From: an uncultured Chloroflexia bacterium
GTDB taxonomy: Bacteria > Chloroflexota > UBA6077 > JACCZL01
Direction: 5' to 3'
Length of the DNA: 64,000 nt
Assembly: GCA_963765765.1 (NCBI GenBank)
Contig: CAVXYC010000015.1
Coordinates: forward strand, 320,001 to 384,000
Part shown: one piece after another, positions 20,134 through 30,030 of the stretch
How positions within the stretch are numbered: position 1 is the first letter of the stretch
Layout: every line of letters begins with the position of its first letter
Program-made: the position numbers and the translations under genes
The notes under the pieces: model-generated
Databases searched by the model: none
The model's input: the letters and a program-made list of their open reading frames with translations, nothing else
Told to the model about the DNA's origin: nothing

Positions 20134-21228
20134 GTGGCGTCCGTCACGTATGACCGGGTGAGCAAGCGCTTCGGCGCGGATACTGTTGCGGTTCGAGACT
20201 TCTCACTTGTCGTACAGGACGGGGAATGCCTCATTCTGGTGGGTCCTTCAGGCTGCGGAAAGTCCACCTCGCTACGCATGCTCGCTGGTCTGGAAGAGAT
20301 CTCAGAAGGCGCGATCTATATCGGTGACCGCATGGTGAACAACGTCCCGCCCAGTGAGCGCGACATCGCCATGGTCTTTCAGAACTACGCGCTCTATCCG
20401 CACATGACCGTCTTTGACAATATGAGCTTCGGCTTGCGAATGCGGAAAGTGCCCCGCGCTGAAGTTGAGCGAAAAGTTCACGAGGTGGCTGGGATGCTTG
20501 GCCTGGAAGCGCTTCTGGACCGGAAGCCGCGCCAGCTTTCTGGCGGACAGCGTCAGCGTGTTGCGCTCGGGCGCGCTATCGCGCGTCAGCCGCAGGTCTT
20601 TCTTTTCGATGAGCCTCTATCTAATCTTGATGCCGCGCTACGAGCGGAGACGCGCATCCACCTGCAGCGGCTCCACAAAGACCTTGGTACTACCTTCTTC
20701 TACGTTACCCACGATCAAGTAGAAGCCATGACCATGGGCGATCGTATCGCCGTCATGCGCGATGGCGCGATTCAGCAAGTGGCGACGCCACGGGAGTTGT
20801 ATGACCACCCGTGCAATCTCTACGTCGGGACGTTCATCGGTCATCCGCGAATGAACTTGCTTCGGGTCACAGTCACTGATCGGGTGGCGCGAGCCGAGGG
20901 TGTGGAGGTCGCGCTGCCGTTTGCGACTTCAACCAGTGAAGTGATCATCGGGATACGCGCCGAGGATTTGTCGTTGCCGGCGGAAGAAGGCTCTGAGAAG
21001 CTGCGGACTACCGTGGAGATTGTCGAATGCCTCGGGTCGGATCAATTCATCTACGGCAAGATCGGCGGCGTTGAGCTGATCGCGCGTTCGCGGCCAGATT
21101 TGATTGTTTCGCCAGGAGACGTGGTGGAATTGGGAGTGAACGTGTCCCGGATTCACATATTCGATGCTGCCACTGGCGAGGCTATTTCCCAGGAGTCCAG
21201 ATCATTGGAATCGGCGGCGGCGCGGTGA
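20134..21228 (+). CDS. Sugar/G3P ABC transporter ATP-binding protein (UgpC/MsmK-like)
   Basis: GPSGCGKS, VFQNYALYPH, LSGGQRQR, FDEPLSNLD, VTHDQ. Confidence 0.95.
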   Translation: MASVTYDRVSKRFGADTVAVRDFSLVVQDGECLILVGPSGCGKSTSLRMLAGLEEISEGAIYIGDRMVNNVPPSERDIAMVFQNYALYPHMTVFDNMSFGLRMRKVPRAEVERKVHEVAGMLGLEALLDRKPRQLSGGQRQRVALGRAIARQPQVFLFDEPLSNLDAALRAETRIHLQRLHKDLGTTFFYVTHDQVEAMTMGDRIAVMRDGAIQQVATPRELYDHPCNLYVGTFIGHPRMNLLRVTVTDRVARAEGVEVALPFATSTSEVIIGIRAEDLSLPAEEGSEKLRTTVEIVECLGSDQFIYGKIGGVELIARSRPDLIVSPGDVVELGVNVSRIHIFDAATGEAISQESRSLESAAAR

Positions 21229-21246
21229 TGGACCGGATCGCGCGCT

Positions 21247-22248
21247 GTGACCGTCACCGGCGAGGCGCTCACCCAGGCGGCCCCGGTCGTCCAGGGGGCG
21301 GTGTATGCCCGGAAGGCTCGCATGAGCGAGGTGACGCTGGGCTACGCGATGCTGGCTCCGGCGCTCATTCTCCTGTTTGCGTTCGAGCTTTTTCCGATCC
21401 TGTACGGCCTCTTTATCTCCACGTGCGATTGGCGACTGAGCTGTGTGGAGTTCATCGGAGCAGACAACTACGTGCGCGCGTTCCGCGATCCCGCAATGTG
21501 GCACGCGCTGCTCGTGACAACCACGTACTCACTTATCGCCGTTGTGCTCCAGCTCAGTGTGGCGCTCTTTCTCGCTTACCTGCTCTATCAAAAGATCGCC
21601 GGGCAGGAGGCGTTCCGAGTCCTTCTGTTCTTGCCATACATCACCTCGACGGTGGCGTCGGCAGCGGTCTGGAGCTACGTCTACAGTCCGGACAATGGGT
21701 TACTCAACGCCATGCTGCGCGCCGTTGGCCTCCAGCCGTTGCGCTGGCTGCTGGAGCCCACGGGGTTATTTGCTTTGATCGCGCAGGGGTTCGGAGTGAC
21801 ACTGCCGGTCTGGGCACACGGGCCGAGTTTTGCTCTGGTGGCGATCATTATCTATACGACGTGGGTCTTTGTCGGGTATGACATCACAATCTTCCTGGCA
21901 GGTCTCTCCAATATCCCGACCGAGCTTTATGAAGCCGCGAAGGTGGACGGCGCGCGTGGCTGGAAGCTCTTTCGCCACATCACCTTTCCGCTTCTCTCGC
22001 CGACCACGTTTTTCCTCTCGCTCCTTACTGTGATCGGGACGTTTAAGGCGTTCAACCACGTCTATGTCCTGACGCAGGGTGGGCCGGGCAATGCCACGAC
22101 GACGGCGAGTGTGCTCATCTTTCAGCAGATGTACCAGGCCAATCGCTATGGCTACAGCGCCGCCCTCTCATTCATTGTGTTCTCGGTGATTCTGGTGCTG
22201 ACCCTTATGCAGCACCGGTTCGCTGCCAAGCGCGTGGTGTACGAATAG
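21247..22248 (+). CDS. Carbohydrate ABC transporter permease
   Basis: Multiple TM helices; EAA loop ELYEAAKVDGA. Confidence 0.93.
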   Translation: MTVTGEALTQAAPVVQGAVYARKARMSEVTLGYAMLAPALILLFAFELFPILYGLFISTCDWRLSCVEFIGADNYVRAFRDPAMWHALLVTTTYSLIAVVLQLSVALFLAYLLYQKIAGQEAFRVLLFLPYITSTVASAAVWSYVYSPDNGLLNAMLRAVGLQPLRWLLEPTGLFALIAQGFGVTLPVWAHGPSFALVAIIIYTTWVFVGYDITIFLAGLSNIPTELYEAAKVDGARGWKLFRHITFPLLSPTTFFLSLLTVIGTFKAFNHVYVLTQGGPGNATTTASVLIFQQMYQANRYGYSAALSFIVFSVILVLTLMQHRFAAKRVVYE

Positions 22249-22263
22249 GATGATGTCGGTCTC

Positions 22264-23154
22264 ATGAGCGCGAAGCCTCAATTGCGAATTCGTCGGCAGA
22301 CGTCGCTTGGCCGCAAGCTCACCTACGTGCTGCTCATCATTGCCGCATTCCTGGCTGTGGCGCCGTTTGTTTACATGCTCATGGCGTCGCTCAAGACGTA
22401 CGGAAGTGTGATCGCCAATAACCTCTGGCCCTGGCCGCCGTTCGGTTCTGAAGGGCTGCAGTTCGGGAACTATCCGCAGGCTATTGAAACCATCGGTCGG
22501 GATCGCCAGTGGAACACATGGCTGTTCTTCCGCTACCTGGCAAACAGCTTGATCGTTTCAGGCTTGACGGTCATCGGTGTCCTCCTCACATCAACACTGG
22601 CGGCGTACGCGCTAGCGCGTATCAAGCTGCCGGGCCAGAACATCCTCTTCATCCTGGTGCTGACGGCGGTGATGGTTCCCGAGGATCTCACCACCGTGCC
22701 CAAGGTGGTCATGATGTTCAATCTGCAGTGGTACAACACGTATGCCGCGTTGATCGTCCCGTTTACCGTGAGTGTGTTCGGGATATTCCTACTGCGTCAG
22801 TTCTTCATGCAGATACCGCGCGAGCTTTATGAAGCCGCGGTGCTGGATGGTGTCGGACACATCGGTTTTCTGTTTCGCGTGGTTCTACCGCTGAGTCGTC
22901 CGATCCTGATGGCGCTCGGGCTGTTGACCTTTGTCTGGTCCTGGGACAACTTCAAGTGGCCGCTGCTCGTCACCCGTGATGCCAGCATGCGCGTCCTGGC
23001 GGTTGGCCTGCAGCAGTTCATCATCGGCGAAGGTCGGGAAGTGCAGCTTCTCATGGCGTTCGCCACGCTCGTCGCCGGACCAGTGATCGTGCTGTATTTC
23101 ATCACTCAGAAATACTTCAAGGAAGGGATTCTGACGACCGGTTTGAAGGGGTAG
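22264..23154 (+). CDS. Carbohydrate ABC transporter permease
   Basis: ELYEAAVLDG; C-terminal QKYFKEGILTTGLKG. Confidence 0.93.
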   Translation: MSAKPQLRIRRQTSLGRKLTYVLLIIAAFLAVAPFVYMLMASLKTYGSVIANNLWPWPPFGSEGLQFGNYPQAIETIGRDRQWNTWLFFRYLANSLIVSGLTVIGVLLTSTLAAYALARIKLPGQNILFILVLTAVMVPEDLTTVPKVVMMFNLQWYNTYAALIVPFTVSVFGIFLLRQFFMQIPRELYEAAVLDGVGHIGFLFRVVLPLSRPILMALGLLTFVWSWDNFKWPLLVTRDASMRVLAVGLQQFIIGEGREVQLLMAFATLVAGPVIVLYFITQKYFKEGILTTGLKG

Positions 23155-23196
23155 GTAGGTATTCGCCAGTATTTGCTCATGCAGAGGAGCAAGCAC

Positions 23197-24681
23197 ATGA
23201 AGATTCCAGGGTTTCGCATAGCCTCGATGCTCGCGATCGCGAGTATCGCGCTCGCGGCGTGCGCGCCACCGAGCAGTACGTCTGGCGCTAAGCCAACCAG
23301 CGCGCCGGCTGCGGCGAATCCGGCAGCGGCGCCCGCCGGTGCGAAGCCGGCTGCTGAGTCGGCAAAGCCGGCAACCGTCGCGGTGACCAACCCACCGACA
23401 TCTCCAGAGATGGTGGATTCGATCGACATTCAGGGCAAAAATATCGAGGTCACGTACTGGCACCAGCGCCCACAGAAGGATCAGGACGTCCTGCAGGAGA
23501 TGCTGGACCAGTTCAGCGCCAGCAATCCATACGGGATCAAGGCACGCGCTGAAATCGCGGGCGCGGCGTATCCCGATGTCTACAACAAGGTGAATGCTGC
23601 TCTGCAAGCGGGCCAGCCGCCCGAGGTCTCGGTGGCTTACCAGAATCAAGCCGCCTTTTACCGAGCCCAGAATGCCGTGCTGGACCTGAATCCATTTATC
23701 AAGAGCAAGAAATACGGGCTCTCTGACGAGGACCAGAAGGACTATTTCCAGACGTTTCTAGATGGCGACGCGAACCCTCAGTTCCAGGGTGAGCGCCTTG
23801 GATTTCCAACCCAGCGATCCATGGAAGTCATGTACTACAACGTGGATTGGCTAACGCAGCTTGGCTATAACGAGCCGCCCAAGGACTGGAAGACGTGGGA
23901 AGAGGCTGCATGCAAAGCGAGCGACGCTGCGCAGAACAAGTCGGGCTGGGCCTTCCGCCACGACGCCTCGAATTTCGCGTCCCAGGTCTTTGCGCGGGGC
24001 GGCCGGATCCTGTCCGCCGATGGCACCTCGTATCAATTCAACTCCGATGCCGGCGTTGAAACGATTGCCATGGCCCAGCGGATGTTCAAAAACAAGTGCG
24101 CGGTTGAGATTCCGGTGTCCGAGCGCAATGGCGAGCAGAACAGATTCGCCAACGGCCAGATCCTGTTCGTCTTTGCAACGTCCTCAGGAATGGCGGGCTA
24201 TCAGGAATCCATCAGCAAAGGCGCCAACTTCAAATGGGACATCGCGCTGTTACCAAATGGCGGCAAGCCGGCTGTGAATCTCTATGGAGCGAGCGTTTCC
24301 GTCTACAAGACCACACCGGAGAAGGAGCTTGCGGCCTGGCTCATGATCAAGTACCTGGGTGAGAAGGCCCAGACTGTGAAATGGGCCACGAGCACCGGCT
24401 ACCTGCCCGTTCGGGCGAGCGCCAAGGATGACGTCATCGGTATCTATAAGCAGGACCCGCGCTGGGGACCCGCGGCGGATTCGTACGCGAAGATGTTCGA
24501 TTGGGCGCAGTACGGCATGGTCGAATCACCGGTCGCGGGGTATGACCCCGTTCGAGACATCATCGACAAGGAGATTCTGACGAAGGTCATCACGGACTCG
24601 TCGGTCGATCCGAAAAAGCTCGTGGACGACGGCGTGGAGAAGTCCAACGCGATCCTGAAGGAGAATGCGCCCAAGCGGTAG
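23197..24681 (+). CDS. ABC transporter substrate-binding lipoprotein (UgpB-like)
   Basis: AGAGGA RBS before ATG 23197; lipobox LAAC; Pro/Ala linker; YYNVD and TGYLPVR. Confidence 0.9.
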   Translation: MKIPGFRIASMLAIASIALAACAPPSSTSGAKPTSAPAAANPAAAPAGAKPAAESAKPATVAVTNPPTSPEMVDSIDIQGKNIEVTYWHQRPQKDQDVLQEMLDQFSASNPYGIKARAEIAGAAYPDVYNKVNAALQAGQPPEVSVAYQNQAAFYRAQNAVLDLNPFIKSKKYGLSDEDQKDYFQTFLDGDANPQFQGERLGFPTQRSMEVMYYNVDWLTQLGYNEPPKDWKTWEEAACKASDAAQNKSGWAFRHDASNFASQVFARGGRILSADGTSYQFNSDAGVETIAMAQRMFKNKCAVEIPVSERNGEQNRFANGQILFVFATSSGMAGYQESISKGANFKWDIALLPNGGKPAVNLYGASVSVYKTTPEKELAAWLMIKYLGEKAQTVKWATSTGYLPVRASAKDDVIGIYKQDPRWGPAADSYAKMFDWAQYGMVESPVAGYDPVRDIIDKEILTKVITDSSVDPKKLVDDGVEKSNAILKENAPKR

Positions 24682-24711
24682 GTTTACTCGCATCGGTCTA
24701 CAGAGATGCCT

Positions 24712-24748
24712 AGAGGCAGCGCGGAGTAGCTTCCGCGCTGCCTCTCTT
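24712..24748. terminator. Intrinsic terminator between convergent genes
   Basis: 14-bp stem AGAGGCAGCGCGGA / TCCGCGCTGCCTCT. Confidence 0.8.
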
Positions 24749-24782
24749 GCTCATGCCTATTCAAGCGGTTGGGTGTCCGGCT

Positions 24783-25568
24783 TCAGACCAGACCCATGCC
24801 GCCGTCCACGATAAAGATCTGGCCCGTCACGTACGCCGCCGCGTCAGATGCTAGATACACCGCCAGTAGCCCGACATCTCTGAATCGACCCTCTCGGCCG
24901 AGCGGTACCCTTTCAGATAGGTCTCGGATCGATTTCTCCATGTTTTCTGGAGAGCGCTGCTCGGGATCTGGATAGGTGCCGGGGCCGATCGCATTGACCC
25001 GAATGCCGTACGGCGCCCACTCGAGCGCGATGTCGCGCGTGAACTGATTCAGTGCTTGCTTCCCCGAGTCATATGCGGAGCTTGCTACCCGAGCACGATT
25101 CAAGACGTACGTGGTGATATTGATAACGGTGCCGGATCGACGCTCGATAAACCGTGGGCCGAATGCACGGCAGCCGAGAAACGCGTGTGTCATATTGATG
25201 TCCATGATGGATCGCCAGTCGGCGAGCGTCATCTCTCCCTCCGGTCCATCAGGGAGACGAACGATCGGCCGACGGAGTGAATCGCCTACGCAATTCACGA
25301 GAATGTCTATATCTCCGAATTGCGCGCTCACGTCGGCGGCCAGCCGCGTCATCGAATCTTCGTTCGTGGCATCGACCTGAAATGCTTTGCCAACCCTACC
25401 GTGGGCGGTGACACCGTCGAGCGCCTTTTCGGCGTTCGCCAGCGTGAGGCTAGCGATCCCCACGTCCGCGCCAGCTTCGGCCAGCACGGCGGCTAGCCCC
25501 TTGCCGATGCCTCGACCTGCGCCGATGCAGAGTGCTCGGCGACCCTCGAGGCTGAACTCCTTGATCAT
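24783..25568 (-). CDS. SDR family oxidoreductase
   Basis: GAGRGIG, YDSGK (YxxxK), VNAIGPG, VTGQIFIVDGG. Confidence 0.92.
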   Translation of the reverse strand: MIKEFSLEGRRALCIGAGRGIGKGLAAVLAEAGADVGIASLTLANAEKALDGVTAHGRVGKAFQVDATNEDSMTRLAADVSAQFGDIDILVNCVGDSLRRPIVRLPDGPEGEMTLADWRSIMDINMTHAFLGCRAFGPRFIERRSGTVINITTYVLNRARVASSAYDSGKQALNQFTRDIALEWAPYGIRVNAIGPGTYPDPEQRSPENMEKSIRDLSERVPLGREGRFRDVGLLAVYLASDAAAYVTGQIFIVDGGMGLV

Positions 25569-25723
25569 CTTTAACTCTCCTACAATATTCTTCGGCCCAC
25601 TATAAGGCGAAGAGTGATGAGTAATAAGCCATGACTGGTGAGTAAGACCTCACATGCGTCGCTCATCACTCGCATCTCCCAGAGTAAGATTCGCGGGCAT
25701 AGTCGTGGTTTGTTGGAGTTCAG

Positions 25724-28021
25724 ATGTCCATCGTGCCCGGGGAACCTGCTCTTCTTTCAATAGCTGACGTCCGTCTGGAGGGGCCGCTCAAGGTCACCGG
25801 TCAGGCACACTATTCGGCGGACTTCTCCCGGCCAGGGATGCTTCACGCCAGGACGCTCGGCAGCCCTCATGCGCACGCGCTCATACGCTCCGTTGACGTT
25901 TCCGAAGCGAGGGTGCTGGCCGGTGTGCACGATGTGATCACCGCGCACGACATCGGACTGATTCACACCGGTAGACGGCTCATGGACTACCCGATTCTTG
26001 CCCGCGATCGCGTGCGCTTCGTGGGTGAGCGAGTCGCCGCGGTGGCGGCAGAGACGCCGGAGATCGCTGAGGAAGCGCTACGTCTGATCCACGTCGAGTA
26101 CGACGAGCTGCCGATGGCGCTGACACCCGTGGAATCTCTGGCGGACGGTGCACCGATTCTGCATCCCGATTCCGCGACGTATCAATTCCGTGGCGGCGTA
26201 CGCGATGCGGTTCCGCACCCCAATATGCAGGCGTGCAAGGTGGTAGGTAAAGGCTCGGTTGCCGACCTGGAAGTGTCATTTGCGAGCGCGGCGCGCGTCT
26301 TTGAGCACACGTTCAACACACCCAGGCAACATGCCGGCTACATCGAGCCACGTGTGTCGCTGGTCTGGATTGAGCCAGATGACACTCTGCGTGTGATTAC
26401 GACGAACAAGCTTCCGTTCAACCTCCAGGAAGAGCTGAGCATGGTCACGGGGCTCCCGCTCGAGAAGATCGACGTTGACTGCGGCTTCGTCGGCGGAGAC
26501 TTCGGCGGAAAAGGCCTGTCATTGGATGAGATGACAGGATACTTTCTGGCGCGTCGTACCGGGCGGCCGATCAAGGCGGTTCTTCCCTACGGCGAAGAGC
26601 TCACGACGACGAACTCACGCCACGCCGCGACAATCCGATTACGAACGGCCGTGGATAAAGACGGCCGGTTTCTGGCCCATGAGGGGCGAATGCTCTGGGA
26701 CGGTGGGGCCTACGCCGCGGGCAAACCACAAGCCGACGTAAACCTCATCTCGGGGAGCCGTCACTTCAATGCCTATGCGATTCCAGTCGTGCGGAGCGAG
26801 CACGTGATGGTCTACACGAACAATCTGCCCGGCGGACAGGTGCGCGGACCGGGGAACGCGCAGGTTGTCTTTGCCTGGGAGTCGCACGTGGACATGATGG
26901 CCGCTGAGCTGGGTATCGACCCGCTGGAGTTTCGTCAGCGCAACGCCTTGCGCGATGGAGATTCGGGCATGGGTGGTCAACGCATCGCGGCACCCAAAAG
27001 CCGAGAAGTCCTGGAAGCGGTGCGACGTGAATTCCATTGGGACGACCCACTGCCGCCCAATCGCGGACGCGGGCTCGCCTTCTTCACCCGAGAAACGGGC
27101 GAAGGCAAGACATCGGTGTTGATGCGAATCGCCGAGGACGGCCGGCTGGAAGTGGTGACCGGTGTCCCGGAGCAAGGCTCCGGGATTCACACCATGATTG
27201 CTCGCGTGACCGCGGCGGCGTTTGATGTCGAATTGTCGGACGTCCTGGTCACTCGGGGAACGACAACCCAGGCGCCATGGGATCCCGGGGTGGCAGCCAC
27301 GCGCTCTACGCACCTCATCGGCCAGGCCGCGCTGAATGCTATCGCCCAGCTCAGGCCAATTCTAGAATCCCTCGCCTCCGAGCTACTCGGGTGGCCCAGC
27401 GACGAGGTGCATCTACGCGATGGCAGCTTTCACCTGGGAGCTGAGTCGCGTAGCGCGATTCCCTTTCGAGAGGTTTCGCGGTTGATCAGTCGTGGTCCGC
27501 GTGTGGAAGTGACCGGTTTCTACGATAGCGCGAAATCCCATTCACCAGAGGGCCTCGCACTGAACTTCTTGGCCATGGTGTTCGAGGTCAGTGTTGACCC
27601 GGAAACGGGACGTGTGGAGATCATCGACGCACTGTCTGTGACGGACGTCGGCGGAATCATCAACCCCATAAGTCATGCTGGACAGGTTGAGGGTGGCTTC
27701 GTGTGCGGTATTGGCTCGGCCTTGCTGGAGGAGCTTGTCTCGGACGGCGGCCGAATTACGAACGGCAGTCTTGCCGACTATAAGCTGCCGAACATTGCCG
27801 ATCTGCCGCCGTTTCGAAGCTCACTGATTCGTGGGAATGATGGGCCGGGACCCTTCGGAGCCAAGGCTATCGGCGAGCACACGAATATCGGAGTGCCACC
27901 GGCGCTTGCAAATGCCATTGCACACGCTATCGGGGCGCGTGTCACTGAACTGCCAATCACGCCTGAGCGGATTCTCGACGCGTTGGCTAGCCGGGCTCAG
28001 CACAGTCTTATTAAGGGCTAA
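25724..28021 (+). CDS. Xanthine dehydrogenase family molybdopterin-binding subunit
   Basis: KVTGQAHY, SPHAHA, YIEPR, GGDFGGKG, RGPG, DPETG, GQVEGG, GPFGAKAIGE. Confidence 0.93.
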   Translation: MSIVPGEPALLSIADVRLEGPLKVTGQAHYSADFSRPGMLHARTLGSPHAHALIRSVDVSEARVLAGVHDVITAHDIGLIHTGRRLMDYPILARDRVRFVGERVAAVAAETPEIAEEALRLIHVEYDELPMALTPVESLADGAPILHPDSATYQFRGGVRDAVPHPNMQACKVVGKGSVADLEVSFASAARVFEHTFNTPRQHAGYIEPRVSLVWIEPDDTLRVITTNKLPFNLQEELSMVTGLPLEKIDVDCGFVGGDFGGKGLSLDEMTGYFLARRTGRPIKAVLPYGEELTTTNSRHAATIRLRTAVDKDGRFLAHEGRMLWDGGAYAAGKPQADVNLISGSRHFNAYAIPVVRSEHVMVYTNNLPGGQVRGPGNAQVVFAWESHVDMMAAELGIDPLEFRQRNALRDGDSGMGGQRIAAPKSREVLEAVRREFHWDDPLPPNRGRGLAFFTRETGEGKTSVLMRIAEDGRLEVVTGVPEQGSGIHTMIARVTAAAFDVELSDVLVTRGTTTQAPWDPGVAATRSTHLIGQAALNAIAQLRPILESLASELLGWPSDEVHLRDGSFHLGAESRSAIPFREVSRLISRGPRVEVTGFYDSAKSHSPEGLALNFLAMVFEVSVDPETGRVEIIDALSVTDVGGIINPISHAGQVEGGFVCGIGSALLEELVSDGGRITNGSLADYKLPNIADLPPFRSSLIRGNDGPGPFGAKAIGEHTNIGVPPALANAIAHAIGARVTELPITPERILDALASRAQHSLIKG

Positions 28022-28334
28022 TCCATGCGATCCTCTGGTCATCGATAACAACCGCAACGGTATCACCTGTGAAGGTGCTGACGGAGCCCCATTCATCAAT
28101 GGTCCATTTGACGCGAATCCAGTGGCGCGCAACGGGATGGTCGGGCGAATGTGACCCCGGGAGCAAACTGCAGTCAGTTCCAAAGTCATTCGTTAGCTCA
28201 GGCTTACCTGTGTGTCAATCCGAGCGATCCTTTGCTGACTGGACAACACTGGTAACGGGATAGCCTGTGAAGGTGCTGACGGCGTCGGATTTATGAACGG
28301 TCCATTCGATTACAACCCCGTCCATCGTAATTAG
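27985..28334 (+). pseudogene. Two degenerate Excalibur (Ca-binding) domain copies
   Basis: Copy 1 ...LRANPCDPLVIDNNRNGITCEGADGAPFINGPFDANPV; copy 2 ANCSQFQSHSLAQAYLCVNPSDPL/LDNTGNGIACEGADGVGFMNGPFDYNPVHRN*; frameshifts and no start. Confidence 0.6.
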
Positions 28335-28498
28335 CGGCCGCGGGAAGTCTCTGGCCATCTAACCGCCCGTCCGATCGGCTCTAGCGGAGCATGAAGCGCT
28401 CACTGAACTAGCCCTGGGCTTACCGCGCACCCGGAGAGCGTTCGCCCCTCGGCTCCGTGGGGGGTGGGGGAGCGGGGCCAATACTCGCTCATCAGCCC

Positions 28499-29848
28499 CT
28501 ACGAGCTGCCCGGTATGGGTGTTCCAGTGGGCGTTGGCGATTGGGTGGGGCTCATTGTCGGCGTTGGTGTTATTGATGCCGTCGGCGCCGCAGTGGCGGT
28601 CGCCGTGGGCGTCGGTGTCGCCAACCGAATCCCCGTTATCTCACGAATCATGCTTTCGTCCAGACCTGGCGCAATGAGCTGACGATCGATATTTCGCTGC
28701 CGCGGCTCTGGGTGCCAGATCTGGTACGGGTGGCTGAATCTTCCGTTCTCGCTGATACCGGTCCACGCGCCGTCTGTCGGATTCTCGGCTGGACCCTTGA
28801 TGCGATAACGAAACTCTTTTCCTTCGTTTGAAGGCCAGTGGCGGACCCCCACAAAGTCAGGAGGCACGTCGTTATCGACAAGCCAGACTGTCGTCTCTAC
28901 GACGGACCAATCTGGATCTTCCGGATCCGGCCCGTACTGGAGCTGGAAGCGATACGCGGGATAGCTCCAAATTTCGTTGTCACCGATCCGGAACGTCACG
29001 ATCATCGCCTTCTTTTGCTCACCCATCCAGGTCAGCAGCATACGATGAAAATCGACCGGATTCACGTCGTCGCCACCACCATATGCCCAGCTCGCCGCGT
29101 CCGCGAAATGGAGATCGGAGAAGAGCCCTTTCTGATCTCCGACGGTAAACGTAATCCCGCCAAACTCGCGTGGTGCCTGAGGCTCCTCTTCCAGAATTGC
29201 CGCCGCTGCCCAACCATTGCAATGACCGGCCCACAGCAATCCCAGGCCTGCTGGCGAGAGCTCGCTCGACTCCCATTCTCGGGTTCCGGGGCTCTCCCCG
29301 CGTGTTGCCAGAACAGCACGGTCATACTTCCATAACGGCCCGCCGAAGGAATCGAGCGCTGGTCCGGCCCCGCTGACAGACCACCACCATCCAGACCATG
29401 GCTGTCGACTGGATTGCCCTTCGGCGCGGTGTGCGCGCTCAGGAACGCGCGCGGCCGCGGGGATATCTCCGAGTGCGGAGATATCCAATCGATCGGCAGA
29501 GGTTGCCTCCGCGTCCCACGCGAGTGCGCCGCGCTGAAACGCCTGCACAACGCGACCGCGGGCGATAAATCTTCGGCTCAGCGGATAGCCGAGCTCCTGC
29601 CAGCCGCCGTTCTGGAGGAATGCGTCCCAGAAGGCAATCCCAAGCGAGTCCGTGACGGCGTATCCTTCGCCACTCTTCCCGCCGGGGTGCGCTTGTGTAT
29701 AGAAGTGCCCATTGGGGATGTCATAGTCCGCAGGCTCGGCTTGGGCAGACGCTCCGGGACGAGAGAATGCCAAAACGGATGCGATGACGATGGCCCAGAT
29801 CAGTAAGAAATGAGTGATCCGACGGGAAGCTTTGGGCATGTGCAGCAA
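28499..29848 (-). CDS. Secreted protein with a transglutaminase-elicitor-like (GP42-like) catalytic domain
   Basis: Signal peptide; LGYPLSRRF segment; PWSGWWW, KYD, WAGHCNGWAAAAILEEEP, TFTVGDQKGL, EIWSYP; Pro/Thr tail. Confidence 0.6.
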   Translation of the reverse strand: MLHMPKASRRITHFLLIWAIVIASVLAFSRPGASAQAEPADYDIPNGHFYTQAHPGGKSGEGYAVTDSLGIAFWDAFLQNGGWQELGYPLSRRFIARGRVVQAFQRGALAWDAEATSADRLDISALGDIPAAARVPERAHRAEGQSSRQPWSGWWWSVSGAGPALDSFGGPLWKYDRAVLATRGESPGTREWESSELSPAGLGLLWAGHCNGWAAAAILEEEPQAPREFGGITFTVGDQKGLFSDLHFADAASWAYGGGDDVNPVDFHRMLLTWMGEQKKAMIVTFRIGDNEIWSYPAYRFQLQYGPDPEDPDWSVVETTVWLVDNDVPPDFVGVRHWPSNEGKEFRYRIKGPAENPTDGAWTGISENGRFSHPYQIWHPEPRQRNIDRQLIAPGLDESMIREITGIRLATPTPTATATAAPTASITPTPTMSPTQSPTPTGTPIPGSS

Positions 29849-30030
29849 GATAGTAGTGATTTGAGGTGCCCCGTGTCAGGGCGCAGGCTTCACGCGCTGA
29901 GGCACACCTTCCGCCGACCCAATGGAGATCACGATCGCACACTGATTGATCGGTCTCGGGCGAGAGGCCTGGCGACCGATCCACCTGAACTTATTGCACT
30001 TGAGGCGCCGCCCCAAGGTTCGATTTAAGA

